A stretch of DNA of 26,422 bases from Oligoflexales bacterium (GCA_045105515.1 JBGCDR010000139.1:1-26422), one strand, 5' to 3'. Numbered from the stretch's first letter, positions 1-9,504 are shown. Notes: generated from the letters alone by a model not told the origin. Program-made: numbers and translations.

Positions 1-102
1 TTCATGTGTCATATTGCACCATAATTTTTGAATTTTACTTAGCTATTTTTTTTAAACCATTGACTGTCAAGCATTACAGCGGATTCTTTAGCGGCGGTTT
101 TT

Positions 103-591
103 TTAACTTCTAAAAGATTCTATATTTCGCACCAGCGACAATATTAGTGAAAAGTCCTGGTAACTATAATTTTGCTCTGGTCGGATACCGTTCTCACTTC
201 TAAATGTCTTGGTTTCATAAACCGGATTCCTGCTAGTTTTGTGAATATGTAAGTGGTTCTTGTACCTAATCATAGATATAGCAGGGTCCATTTTTGAAAT
301 AATCTTTTCGGCTACGTAAAAGGGAATACCAGGTTTAATATCGAGTGCTAGGCCGATTGTATGATAAGAGTTGTTTGCTCCATCTGCATAAAAATTTACC
401 TGTGAACTCCGGTAGCCTGAAGAAATTTCGAGCTTACCTCCAGAGACCTTATCTAAATATTCTATCACTGGGCAAAAAGTCTTCATATTCCTCTTGAAGT
501 ACTTTGAGGGGTTGTTCTTGATCTTTAGTCTTGTTGCTGTGTCTGACTTGATGAATTCCGATAACGGAAATCCTTTGCAAATCTCTTCCAT
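103..591 (-). CDS. Peptidase M15A family zinc D-Ala-D-Ala metallopeptidase
   Basis: Motifs ISSGYRS, SYHTIGLALDI (H-x6-D) and HLHI match the M15 Zn-ligand pattern; N-terminal FPLSEFIKSDTA..KIKNNP is typical of this family; GAGGT RBS upstream; no signal peptide visible. Confidence 0.85.
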   Translation of the reverse strand: MEEICKGFPLSEFIKSDTATRLKIKNNPSKYFKRNMKTFCPVIEYLDKVSGGKLEISSGYRSSQVNFYADGANNSYHTIGLALDIKPGIPFYVAEKIISKMDPAISMIRYKNHLHIHKTSRNPVYETKTFRSENGIRPEQNYSYQDFSLILSLVRNIESFRS

Positions 592-807
592 GATGCACCT
601 CTAGGATTTAAGTGAAAGATATAACAATGCTTGTGTGCCCTTTTTATCGGATTTTTTAAACCAAAGTTTAGGAAAAGTTGCAAAAAAAATAGACAGTAAA
701 AAATGTTATAAATATCTAAAATAATTAAATATTATTCAAAACGAAGAAATATGATTTGAGGGCAATGTGTATTTTTTTTGGGGGGGGCAAACATCTTGGT
801 TGGCGGA

Positions 808-2991
808 TTAAGCTGGCTTTTTTTGCCTGAGCATCGTTTTCTCTATTCCTGCAGACTTTGATTTTGATATTGCGCTGCGAGGATTAAACCTTGGTGGATC
901 TTTAAAAAGTTTATGAATTTCAGGGATTAAAGGCTCATTGTTAGAAAATAAGCGATAACAGCACAATTCGCCGGGGTTTACGTTGATTGTTGCGATAATT
1001 TGTAGGTGGTCCTGCTCTTGGGTTTTTAAGTTCTTCTCTTGCTTGTTTCGATTGCTAGAATTTTCCATAGAACTTGCAGAGTCTTGTGCTTGTTTAAGAA
1101 TTACTTCACTGCCATTTGCAATAGCTCGCTTAATTCTTGCTTCTAGAGATTTACTTTTTCTTTGTATTGGTGCTGAACCAGCTTTAACAACTTGCGACAG
1201 TAGATCTAGGGCTGCTTTCAATTGATTCGCACGAGTATAAGCTAATGCTAGATTGTAACTAACCGCAGCTTGGTATTTTTTCTTATTTGTGGGAATCGAG
1301 GCTAAGGTTTGTTTATAAGTTTCGATACCCTCTTCTGTCATACCGTTCTTTGATAGTGCGATTGCCTTGTTATTCATAAACGAAATAATCTCATTTAAGG
1401 AATCCATATTTTGCATAATTTTTTGTGCTTCAGATGTATCTCCTGCTGAAATTGCAAGGGTAGCTTTCGTTTTAGTAACTTCCTTATTCTTTGAGTCAAG
1501 GCTTTTAGCTTTGGCCATTGCGTCGTCAGATAATGCTTTGTCTCCGGTTTCCTGACTGACAATTGCAATGTTACAAAGTCGTTCAATATTTTGGGGGGAC
1601 ATTTCCTGAGCTTTTTTAAAGCAAGTTAAAGCAGATTCAGAATCACCAAGTTTCATGAGGCATTTCCCAATGAAATTTAGAATGGTGATAGAATCGCTTT
1701 GGTTTTTAATGACTTCGATAGCTAGATCTCTCGCAAGCTCATAATTTCCTTCGTAATAAGCAAAATCTGCGAGAATTTTTTTACGTCTAAATTCAGGTAC
1801 CGTTTTATTGCTTAGAAATTGTTCTTTGATTTTTACGGCTTCTTCATGTTTTTTAGAATCTAATAGTTGTTTAATCTTTAGCTCTAGCATTTCCAGATCA
1901 GTTGGGAGTTTTTCTTGTCTAATAATACTAAGCATCGTAGTAATAAGATCTTGTTTTTCAAAGGGTTTTTTTAGAACTTTTTCGATACCAATCTCCTGAA
2001 GTATGACCTGATCATCTTCGCTTAAATCAGCACTTAGAGCTATTATTGGTGTGCATGGATTTTTCTTACGAATTCTTTGACTTAGGATTGCTCCTGAAAT
2101 TTTCGCAAGTTTCCACTCTAAAATCACAATGCCAGTAGTTTCTGATTCCTCTATTTCTTTCCAAGCTGCTTCACTATCTTCAAAAGACTTTATTTTTTTT
2201 ACACCTAACTCTCCCAGAACATTTTCCGCCTGATCTCTATTTTTTTTATCAGGATCGATTATAAATGCAACTTCAATTCCAAGATCCCATTTTTCATCAT
2301 CGTCCTTATGTTCTAAATCAAATGGTTCTTGAAAATGCTCTTGGCAAAATTCAGTGGTAATTTTCTTGTTTGTATCATCAAGTAGATAAGCTTGCCTAAG
2401 AGTTTTTTGAGCCTTCTTCTCATCTCCTTTGCTGACTTGAGCAAAAGCTAATTCCAGCATAGTATCTAAATCACCAGGGTATAATTTTGAAAGACTAAGT
2501 GCCAGGTTTTCATGAAGATCAAATTTCTTATTTTCTCGCAAGTAACTAAAAATACAATAAGCAGAAAATTTTGTATCTTCCCAACGAAACTCTTCATATT
2601 TTTTCAAATGTTCTGATATTTCTTCAAATAAACTATCTTTATTAAATGGTTTGCTAAAATGACAAAAGAGTCCTTGTTCGTAAGCAGGTATTATATAATC
2701 TTTTTCGTCTTCATCTAAGAAGAAGCTGATTCTGGTATTTTTGAGTACAGGATTTAAAGCTACAATTGGCAGTAACTGTAGACTATTAATTTTGTCATCT
2801 TTCAATACGGAAGTTATAATCCAATCAATTGGATCTGCTTCCATAACTCCCAGGGCACCCTTCATATCTGCAACCCCAGTAATATTGCTAAATCCAAACT
2901 TTTTAATAGTCACGATAATAAGTTGTCGCAGTGCTCCAGAGGGTTCGATCACTAAGATTGAAGCTGTTTTTTCATGAATGGGAGTTGTCAC
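808..2991 (-). CDS. Tandem pseudo-receiver (REC) + TPR protein (REC-TPR-REC-TPR)
   Basis: REC1 ILVIEP..DWIITS..SKPF; REC2 FIIDPD..IVILEW..IIALSA..KKPF; TPR-like helices (IGKCLMKLGDSESALTCFKKAQEMSPQN; YNLALAY). The ORF track starts at 3069, but in-frame GTG 2991 follows AAAGAGGA and is the likelier start. Confidence 0.8.
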   Translation of the reverse strand: MTTPIHEKTASILVIEPSGALRQLIIVTIKKFGFSNITGVADMKGALGVMEADPIDWIITSVLKDDKINSLQLLPIVALNPVLKNTRISFFLDEDEKDYIIPAYEQGLFCHFSKPFNKDSLFEEISEHLKKYEEFRWEDTKFSAYCIFSYLRENKKFDLHENLALSLSKLYPGDLDTMLELAFAQVSKGDEKKAQKTLRQAYLLDDTNKKITTEFCQEHFQEPFDLEHKDDDEKWDLGIEVAFIIDPDKKNRDQAENVLGELGVKKIKSFEDSEAAWKEIEESETTGIVILEWKLAKISGAILSQRIRKKNPCTPIIALSADLSEDDQVILQEIGIEKVLKKPFEKQDLITTMLSIIRQEKLPTDLEMLELKIKQLLDSKKHEEAVKIKEQFLSNKTVPEFRRKKILADFAYYEGNYELARDLAIEVIKNQSDSITILNFIGKCLMKLGDSESALTCFKKAQEMSPQNIERLCNIAIVSQETGDKALSDDAMAKAKSLDSKNKEVTKTKATLAISAGDTSEAQKIMQNMDSLNEIISFMNNKAIALSKNGMTEEGIETYKQTLASIPTNKKKYQAAVSYNLALAYTRANQLKAALDLLSQVVKAGSAPIQRKSKSLEARIKRAIANGSEVILKQAQDSASSMENSSNRNKQEKNLKTQEQDHLQIIATINVNPGELCCYRLFSNNEPLIPEIHKLFKDPPRFNPRSAISKSKSAGIEKTMLRQKKPA

Positions 2992-3150
2992 TAGTTCCTC
3001 TTTACTATAATTCGCTTCACAAAAGGCAATCGGTCTTTTCTCATTAAAAATAAATGTTACCGACATCATCTCTAATGATAATTAATAATAAGACGATAGA
3101 CAGATTAAGGGCTTTTGTTTTGCCAAGCTAATTAGGAGAATCTAAAAAAA

Positions 3151-4407
3151 ATGCCTAAGATTGATAAGGTCTTGATTCTTGATGAAAATGAAAGCAATGT
3201 TTTGTTTTTTGAAATGCTTTTATCTCAAATGGAAAAAGAGTTTCAGGTTTACACAGCATCAACAGGCGCTCATGGAGAGCTTTTTGTAAAAGATCAAAAA
3301 ATACAGCTGGTAATATGCGCTTGGGAAATGAGTGCAATGCCTGGAACCGTTTTTGTTCAAAGGATAAGACAAAATAAAAATAAGCGATATATTCCTTGCT
3401 TAATATTCTCTAAGCGTATGGGCCCAGAAGATATTGCCTTGACCAAGGAATTAGGATTTAAGGATGTTCTTGGAATGCCTTTTGACAAGCAATCTGCAAA
3501 AGATTTGATTATGCAGATTGTAGATTATGAAGAAAATCTGACAGGAGAGGAAAAAAAGGTTCGAAAAATTGAGAGCTTGATAGCAGATGGACAGCTTACG
3601 GAGGCGTTGAAATTTTTCGACAATAATATTACTCGTAAAGGGCCTTTCAAAAATAGAGCTCGCATAGCTTTAGCAGAGATCTGGGTTCAGTCTAGAAATT
3701 TTGAAAAGGCTGAAACTTTGTTGAATGAAGTTTTGGAAGAGGTTCCTGATGATGTTGATGCCCAAAAGCTTCTCGCTCGACTATATTCATTAACTGGAAG
3801 GCATGAACAGGCCATTTCAGCTTTAGAGACTATGACAAAGAAATCTCCTAAGAATATGAACTCATTATTATGTCTAGGTTCAGCCTACGTAGATGCAGAG
3901 AAACATGACAAAGCACGAGATATTTTTGATCGTGTTGAGGGTATGGATAATGATAACCAAGGCCTCAAAGATGAACGGGGTAAGCTTGCATTTAAAGAGG
4001 GTGACTTGCCATTAGCAGCTCAACTTCTAGCTGAAACTCAATGTGGAGACGAATTAGCTCGGCATTTTAACAATGTGGCCATAGCAAAGGTAGCAGGTGG
4101 CTTTTTTGAAGAAGGTATTTCTACATATAAAAACGCAATCAAGCTCCTAACAAATAAAGCTAAGCTCCATCAGTTGCATTATAACCTGGGTCTAGCTTGG
4201 AAGAAAAAAGGAGATCTTTCTGAGAGTTTTAATAGTTTCTGTCAAAGTTATTTGGCTGACCCATCATTTGAAAAAGCATATGCCGCTCTGGCGAAAACCT
4301 CTAAAGAAATGAAGTCAGCTGGAAGTAAGCTAGATGCAGGCCTAGTAGCTAAGGTAAAATCCGTACGGCAACAGCATAAAGATACTCAAGAAAATAAGGC
4401 TAGCTAA
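3151..4407 (+). CDS. Pseudo-receiver (REC) + TPR protein
   Basis: AGGAG RBS; REC fold VLILDEN..LVICAW..MPG..LGMPF; TPRs (LARLYSLTGRHEQAISALE, LGSAYVDAEKHDKA, YNLGLAWKKKGD). Confidence 0.85.
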   Translation: MPKIDKVLILDENESNVLFFEMLLSQMEKEFQVYTASTGAHGELFVKDQKIQLVICAWEMSAMPGTVFVQRIRQNKNKRYIPCLIFSKRMGPEDIALTKELGFKDVLGMPFDKQSAKDLIMQIVDYEENLTGEEKKVRKIESLIADGQLTEALKFFDNNITRKGPFKNRARIALAEIWVQSRNFEKAETLLNEVLEEVPDDVDAQKLLARLYSLTGRHEQAISALETMTKKSPKNMNSLLCLGSAYVDAEKHDKARDIFDRVEGMDNDNQGLKDERGKLAFKEGDLPLAAQLLAETQCGDELARHFNNVAIAKVAGGFFEEGISTYKNAIKLLTNKAKLHQLHYNLGLAWKKKGDLSESFNSFCQSYLADPSFEKAYAALAKTSKEMKSAGSKLDAGLVAKVKSVRQQHKDTQENKAS

Positions 4408-4592
4408 GGCATTTTGATCTCTGTCCCCCCTTAAAAATTTGTATCTTATAAGATTTTAAGCTTCTCTTAGAATTAATTATAAGCAATTAACATTCTGAAA
4501 ATATTGAATAAATATAGAATCATAAAGTTCGGTAAGATTGGGCCGAGCCTGTATATAGGTTTGGGTGATGCAATTAGAGGAGAATTCACCTT

Positions 4593-4946
4593 ATGAATAG
4601 ATATTTTATATTATTGATTTTGTCTGCAGGTCTCATAATTTCTACGGGGGCATTGGCTGGAAAGGTTGAAATTTGCAAACATTATATAAGCAAGAAACAG
4701 CATAGGTGTATTATAAAACAACTTGATGATGATGTAGTTAAAGTCGGATCACAAGTTGTTTTGTATTCAGATGATTTTCATTGGATAGCAACGGGAGATG
4801 TTGTTGTTAAGAAAGGTGAGCTTTCAATTGCAATCTTTAAAGATGCTGGTCCAAATGTTAGCCGTGGCCTAAATGCAGTATTCGAAGACTCTTCTTCGAA
4901 AAATACACTTGATTATGATCTTGCTTTCGATAAACTTGATTATTAG
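4593..4946 (+). CDS. Small secreted hypothetical protein
   Basis: GAGGAG RBS; N-terminal signal peptide (MNRYFILLILSAGLIISTGALA, AxA site); beta-rich mature part with two Cys. Confidence 0.7.
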   Translation: MNRYFILLILSAGLIISTGALAGKVEICKHYISKKQHRCIIKQLDDDVVKVGSQVVLYSDDFHWIATGDVVVKKGELSIAIFKDAGPNVSRGLNAVFEDSSSKNTLDYDLAFDKLDY

Positions 4947-5716
4947 ATTTTTAGAAAAAAATGTAAGCTAACGATCAAGCTTATTTTAATGAGGGACTCA
5001 ATCAGAGTTGCAAGAATTATAGTACCAATGTATTGCCCTACTTTTTTCTGAATTTTCTTATCAACCCACTTTTCTGAAATTGTGACAAATTTTCCTACAG
5101 TTATCATTTTCATTGACCAACTACTAAGAGCTGACCACTTCAATGCCATTAGAGGCTGAGTCCACATAAGAATATTAGTAGCATGTGATATTCCTCCGAG
5201 AATTTTTTTAGTAGTTGCTACCCTTTTGAGTCTTCTAATGCTTTGTTCGCAATCGAACCAGTCTGCGATACTTTGAAGCATTGATCGCAAAATAACTATT
5301 AGTATTAGTGCAATAATAGTAAGAGCAAGATAATTCCCTTGGTTCCATAAGCTAGTGATAGATGGACTACTCTTGACTTTGAAATAGAAATAAAAATATG
5401 AATAACTTAATAAGAGAGCTATAAAAGTGCCTAATCGCCAAGCTGAGCTCAGAAAATGTTCGATTTTTAAGTAATTATTGAGCAAGTCCTGGATTTTATT
5501 TAGCCCGATTTTTTTGTGTATTTTGATTGTCATCATTGAATAGATCGTCAACTTAAGGAAAATAGCACTTAGAAAGACCCATCTAAGCAACACATCAATG
5601 CTTATGCTACTCACAGGCTTTTTCCTTGATGCATAGAGTTTACTTTGAAGTTTAATATGTTTTTCTTGAAAAAAACATACATTACCTATGTAGGTGACCT
5701 CAACTAATTTTATCAT
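4943..5716 (-). CDS. Hypothetical multi-pass membrane protein
   Basis: Several hydrophobic segments (LGTFIALLLSYSYFYFYF, YLALTIIALILIVIL, YIGTIILATLIESLIKISLIVSL) with basic loops. The true start may be downstream, e.g. ATG 5536. Confidence 0.6.
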   Translation of the reverse strand: MIKLVEVTYIGNVCFFQEKHIKLQSKLYASRKKPVSSISIDVLLRWVFLSAIFLKLTIYSMMTIKIHKKIGLNKIQDLLNNYLKIEHFLSSAWRLGTFIALLLSYSYFYFYFKVKSSPSITSLWNQGNYLALTIIALILIVILRSMLQSIADWFDCEQSIRRLKRVATTKKILGGISHATNILMWTQPLMALKWSALSSWSMKMITVGKFVTISEKWVDKKIQKKVGQYIGTIILATLIESLIKISLIVSLHFFLKI

Positions 5717-5754
5717 ACTTTATTCTTAGTTCGACTAAGTATACTACATACTAA

Positions 5755-5914
5755 GGGGATTTCTCCATTCACATATGCTCAGTCGAAATGACCTGTTGAA
5801 GCAGTCATTCCGAGAGGAAACGAGGAATCTCCCATTAGCGAAGTTCAGTCGAAATGAACTAATGAGGTTGTTATACCTAGTGAGACCGAGGAAAAGCTCA
5901 GTCGAAATGACCTG
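5755..5914. repeat. Cluster of short GTC-tagged palindromic (REP-like) repeats, partly decayed
   Basis: GCTCAGTCGAAATGACCTG at 5777-5795 and 5896-5914 (identical); variant GTTCAGTCGAAATGAACTA at 5843-5861; palindromic units GTC-ATTCC..GGAAT-C (5804-5831, +) and GTC-ATTTC..GAAAT-C (5755-5792, -). Confidence 0.7.
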
Positions 5915-5960
5915 ATTTTATATAATCATGATAACTTTGCCAAGGTTAGTACAGGTAATT

Positions 5961-6956
5961 CTAAAAGTCTTCGGTAAAGGAAACGCTTCCTTCTATGCCA
6001 ACTTGGTAAGAAGCTACTCGACGCTCAAAAAAGTTTGTTAATTCCTGCACATCTTGAAGTTCCATAAATGCAAATGGATTTTCTGAATTAAATAAAGGAG
6101 CAATATTAAGCATAACTAATCTTTGATCAGCAATGTATTCTAAGTATTTCCTCATGTCGCTTGGTGATAAACCTACCACTCCAAGAGACAGAACATCGTC
6201 TGCAAAAGACATTTCACATTCGATGGCTTCGTTTAGCATCTTAATAATTTGGACTTCTAGGTCTTTATCAAAAAGGTCAGGCTCTTCCTCTCTTACTTGC
6301 TTAATAACTTCAAAAGCAAAGTTCATATGACAGCTTTCATCACGGAAAACCCAGTTAGTTCCCGTAGCAAGACCGTGAAGCAAGCCTTTAGATCTTAAAA
6401 AGTAGACGTAGGCAAACGCAGCAAAGAAGAACAAACCTTCAATACAGGTAGCAAAACAAATCAAATTCAAAATAAACTTTCGTCTATCATCCTTTGTTAC
6501 TAGCTTATCTAAGCTGTCGATCGAGTTCATCCACTTAAAGCAAAACTCACCTTTTTGCTTTATGGATGGTATGCTTTCAATTGCTTGGAATGCCTTGATA
6601 CGTTCATCTACATCAGGCAAATAGGTGTCAAGCAGAGTTAGATAAAACTGTACATGCAAGGCTTCTTCGTAAAGTTGTCGAGAGAGAAACATGCGTGCTT
6701 CTGGTGAGTTGATATGCTGGTACAGATTAAGAACTAAATTGTTAGCAACGATTGAATCGCCTGTAGCGAAAAATGCTACAAGCCGGTTAATGAGGTGGCG
6801 CTCGCCTTCGGTCATTTTAGCAAGATCAGCCATATCTGTACTGAAATCCACCTCCTCAACAGTCCAGGTATTTTTTATTGCACCTCGGTACATTTCATAA
6901 AACTGAGGATATTTCATGGGTCTTAAAGTTAGTTCGTAGCCAGGAGAGAGAAGCAT
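5961..6956 (-). CDS. nrdB: Ribonucleoside-diphosphate reductase class I beta subunit
   Basis: Di-metal ligands FFATGD, EEALH with radical Tyr at H+4 (HVQFY), IEGLFF, RDESCH; C-terminal NFFERRVASY; AAGGAGG RBS. Confidence 0.97.
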   Translation of the reverse strand: MLLSPGYELTLRPMKYPQFYEMYRGAIKNTWTVEEVDFSTDMADLAKMTEGERHLINRLVAFFATGDSIVANNLVLNLYQHINSPEARMFLSRQLYEEALHVQFYLTLLDTYLPDVDERIKAFQAIESIPSIKQKGEFCFKWMNSIDSLDKLVTKDDRRKFILNLICFATCIEGLFFFAAFAYVYFLRSKGLLHGLATGTNWVFRDESCHMNFAFEVIKQVREEEPDLFDKDLEVQIIKMLNEAIECEMSFADDVLSLGVVGLSPSDMRKYLEYIADQRLVMLNIAPLFNSENPFAFMELQDVQELTNFFERRVASYQVGIEGSVSFTEDF

Positions 6957-7119
6957 CTATGCCTCCTTTACAAGTAAAAACAGGTTCATCATATTTGAAT
7001 ATAGCATGTCCGAGGTACAGCAAGGACTAGCTTATTTTCACTATAAAATAAGGTGAATCAGATCTTAGTTTGATCAAGACTTAGTGCTTACAAGGTAATC
7101 GATTCCTGCAAGTTTATCA

Positions 7120-9504
7120 CTAAGTGCATGATTCGCAACTCTCAGGATTTTCCAATGAACACGCGATTGCAGCTTGTTCATTTACCTGACTGACAGTTGT
7201 CTTATTAATTTTGGTAGCTCCTCTAGAACGCAGATAATACGTGGTTTTTAATCCCTTTTTCCATGCATATGCATACATGGATGAGAGTTTACCAAGGGTT
7301 GGATTTTCGATAAATAGATTCAGCGACTGACTTTGATCTATAAAAGGGCCGCGTGCAGCTGCCATATCAATAAGAGAGCGCTGTGGAATTTCCCATACTG
7401 TTCGGTATAAGAATCTGAGGTCTTCCGGGATTTCTTTTATTTCCTGTATAGAACCTTCACTTAGTTTTATCTTATTGCGAATATCACTATTCCATAAACC
7501 TAAATCGCGTAGGTCTTTTACTAAGTATGGATTGATCTGTAAAAATTCCCCAGATAAAGTCTCACGTTTAAATAAGTTTGACAATTGGGGTTCAATACAC
7601 TCGTATGCTCCGGTGATTGAAGCAATGGTCGCAGTGGGAGCAATTGCGATCATGAGGGAATTGCGCAAGCCATGTTTAGAGATTTCAGCCTTTAAGTTAT
7701 TCCAGCGCTCTTGATCTTCAGGTTTTATCCCCCAGAAGTCGAACTGCAGTTGTCCTTTACTTGCGCGTGTTTCATGGAAGGAGCTGTGGGGACCATGCTG
7801 CTTTGCTAATTCCATAGATGCTTTGAGCGCATTAAAGTAAATTTCTTCTTGAATGCGGCTGGATAGCTCTTTTGCTGCTGGCGAGTCGAAAGGTAGCCGC
7901 ATTTGGAAGAAAACATTTTGTAGACCCATTGCACCCAAGCCCACTGGCCTCCAACGGTTATTAGAGCTTGATGCTGATCCGATTGGGTAAAAATTGATAT
8001 CAATCACTCTATCTAGGTACTTTACGGCGGTCTTAACATTCTTAGCTAAGAGTTCGAAATCAAAGGAGAGATTCTCTTTGACATAACGGCTAAGATTTAC
8101 AGAACCTAGGTTGCACACAGCTGTTTCTTCTTTGCTTGTAACTTCTAGGATCTCAGTGCAAAGGTTAGAGAGGTGAATAACATTTTGCGGTAAAAGTGTC
8201 TGATTGCTTTTATTATTTGATGCGTCTTTGAAGGTCATCCAACCGTTTCCGGTTTGTGCTAAAGTTTTCATCATAAGGCTGTACAGAGAACGAGCACTCA
8301 CCTGCTTTGTGAACAGTTCTTCTTTTTCAGCAGCCAAATAGGCTTTTTCGAAATCTGCACCAAAAAGGTCTGGGAAATGTGGAACATCTTTTGGATCAAA
8401 TAGAGACCAATCTCCATCGGATTCAACCCTCTTCATAAATAGGTCTGGAATCCAATTTGCAATGTTGAGATTGTGAGTCCTTTGTGCTTCGTCCCCAGTA
8501 TTCTCTCTTAAGGAAAGAAAATCAAAAATATCTGAATGCCAAGGTTCTAGATAAACACAGGCTGCACCTTTGCGTTTTCCGCCTTGATTAACAGCAGAAA
8601 CTGATGAATCGAGGGTTTTTAAAAACGGAACAATACCATTAGAAGTGCCATTTGTACCCTTAATAATTGAACCGCGTGAACGGATCCTTGAGTAAGCAAC
8701 CCCAATACCGCCAGCAAATTTAGAAAGAAGGGCTATATCTGTGTACTTGCTATAAATTGCTTCCAAGCTATCTTGAGGCGAATCGAGCAAGTAACATGAA
8801 GACATTTGAGGGTGCTTTGTCCCCGAATTAAACAAAGTAGGGGTCGATGGCATGTATTGGAACGAAGAGATGAGGCCGTAAAAATCTAGAGCTTCCTCTA
8901 AGCTTTGTGACAAACCACATGCAACCCTCATAAAAAAATGCTGAGGGCTTTCACAAACTTTACGTGATTGTGGATCTTTTAATAAGTAGCGGTCATAAAC
9001 AGTGCGTAATCCAAAGTATTCAAACAGATTTTGATTCTCAAGTATGATTGCAGCATTAAGCGCGTTTGAGTGTTGTTCAACAAATTCGGCAACATGATCG
9101 GCAATAATTCCTACCTTATAGCCGTATAAAATGCTTTCAGAAAAACTGTTGATATTTTGTTCTGCAAGTTCCTCGCTGATTGACCGAGAAAGAAGCCGGG
9201 CTGCTAGTTTTGAGTATTCTGGCTCCTCGCTAATGAACATGGCTACTGTTTGAATCAGCCAAGTATCAAATTCCTTCAGGCTGCAGCCGTCATGAAGGCC
9301 ACTAATAGCCTTTTGCGCAACAGAAAGAGGTTCGATTTGCACTAAGTCAGGAGAAATTTTAGAGATGGTATCAGCTAGCTGGATATCATTAATACTGACT
9401 GTTGCGCCATTATTATTTAGAACCACTGTCTGGGTGCTTTCTGAGTTTGGCTGGAATGTATTTGCAATAGGAAAATGCGAAGTCATGTAGCTCTCACTGG
9501 TCAT
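7120..9504 (-). CDS. nrdA: Ribonucleoside-diphosphate reductase class I alpha subunit
   Basis: PTLFNSG, QMSSCYL, NQGGKRKG, SNLCTEI (thiyl Cys), AVCNLGS, IAPTA, DQSQSLN, KTTYYLR, C-terminal CESC; degenerate N-terminal ATP cone. Confidence 0.97.
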   Translation of the reverse strand: MTSESYMTSHFPIANTFQPNSESTQTVVLNNNGATVSINDIQLADTISKISPDLVQIEPLSVAQKAISGLHDGCSLKEFDTWLIQTVAMFISEEPEYSKLAARLLSRSISEELAEQNINSFSESILYGYKVGIIADHVAEFVEQHSNALNAAIILENQNLFEYFGLRTVYDRYLLKDPQSRKVCESPQHFFMRVACGLSQSLEEALDFYGLISSFQYMPSTPTLFNSGTKHPQMSSCYLLDSPQDSLEAIYSKYTDIALLSKFAGGIGVAYSRIRSRGSIIKGTNGTSNGIVPFLKTLDSSVSAVNQGGKRKGAACVYLEPWHSDIFDFLSLRENTGDEAQRTHNLNIANWIPDLFMKRVESDGDWSLFDPKDVPHFPDLFGADFEKAYLAAEKEELFTKQVSARSLYSLMMKTLAQTGNGWMTFKDASNNKSNQTLLPQNVIHLSNLCTEILEVTSKEETAVCNLGSVNLSRYVKENLSFDFELLAKNVKTAVKYLDRVIDINFYPIGSASSSNNRWRPVGLGAMGLQNVFFQMRLPFDSPAAKELSSRIQEEIYFNALKASMELAKQHGPHSSFHETRASKGQLQFDFWGIKPEDQERWNNLKAEISKHGLRNSLMIAIAPTATIASITGAYECIEPQLSNLFKRETLSGEFLQINPYLVKDLRDLGLWNSDIRNKIKLSEGSIQEIKEIPEDLRFLYRTVWEIPQRSLIDMAAARGPFIDQSQSLNLFIENPTLGKLSSMYAYAWKKGLKTTYYLRSRGATKINKTTVSQVNEQAAIACSLENPESCESCT

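Noticed and set aside
772..787. T8-G8 homopolymer as a phase-variation tract
   Set aside because: Intergenic, about 180 bp from the nearest start, and not within a recognisable promoter spacer.
983..2977. Short ORFs inside the REC-TPR gene (and similar ones within nrdAB, the hydrolase, kinase, lipoprotein, maeB, dacB and RRM genes)
   Set aside because: Antisense or out-of-frame shadows of well-supported genes, with no recognisable motifs.
5777..5914. Mini CRISPR array
   Set aside because: Repeat only 19 nt, spacers unequal (47 and 34 nt) and themselves repeat-like; no cas genes.
5880..5920. Hammerhead ribozyme (GAAA and CTGA present)
   Set aside because: No CUGANGA core with the required three-stem arrangement.
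5961..6956. Unusual (class Ic or metal-free Ie) NrdB
   Set aside because: All standard carboxylate/His ligands and the radical Tyr are present.
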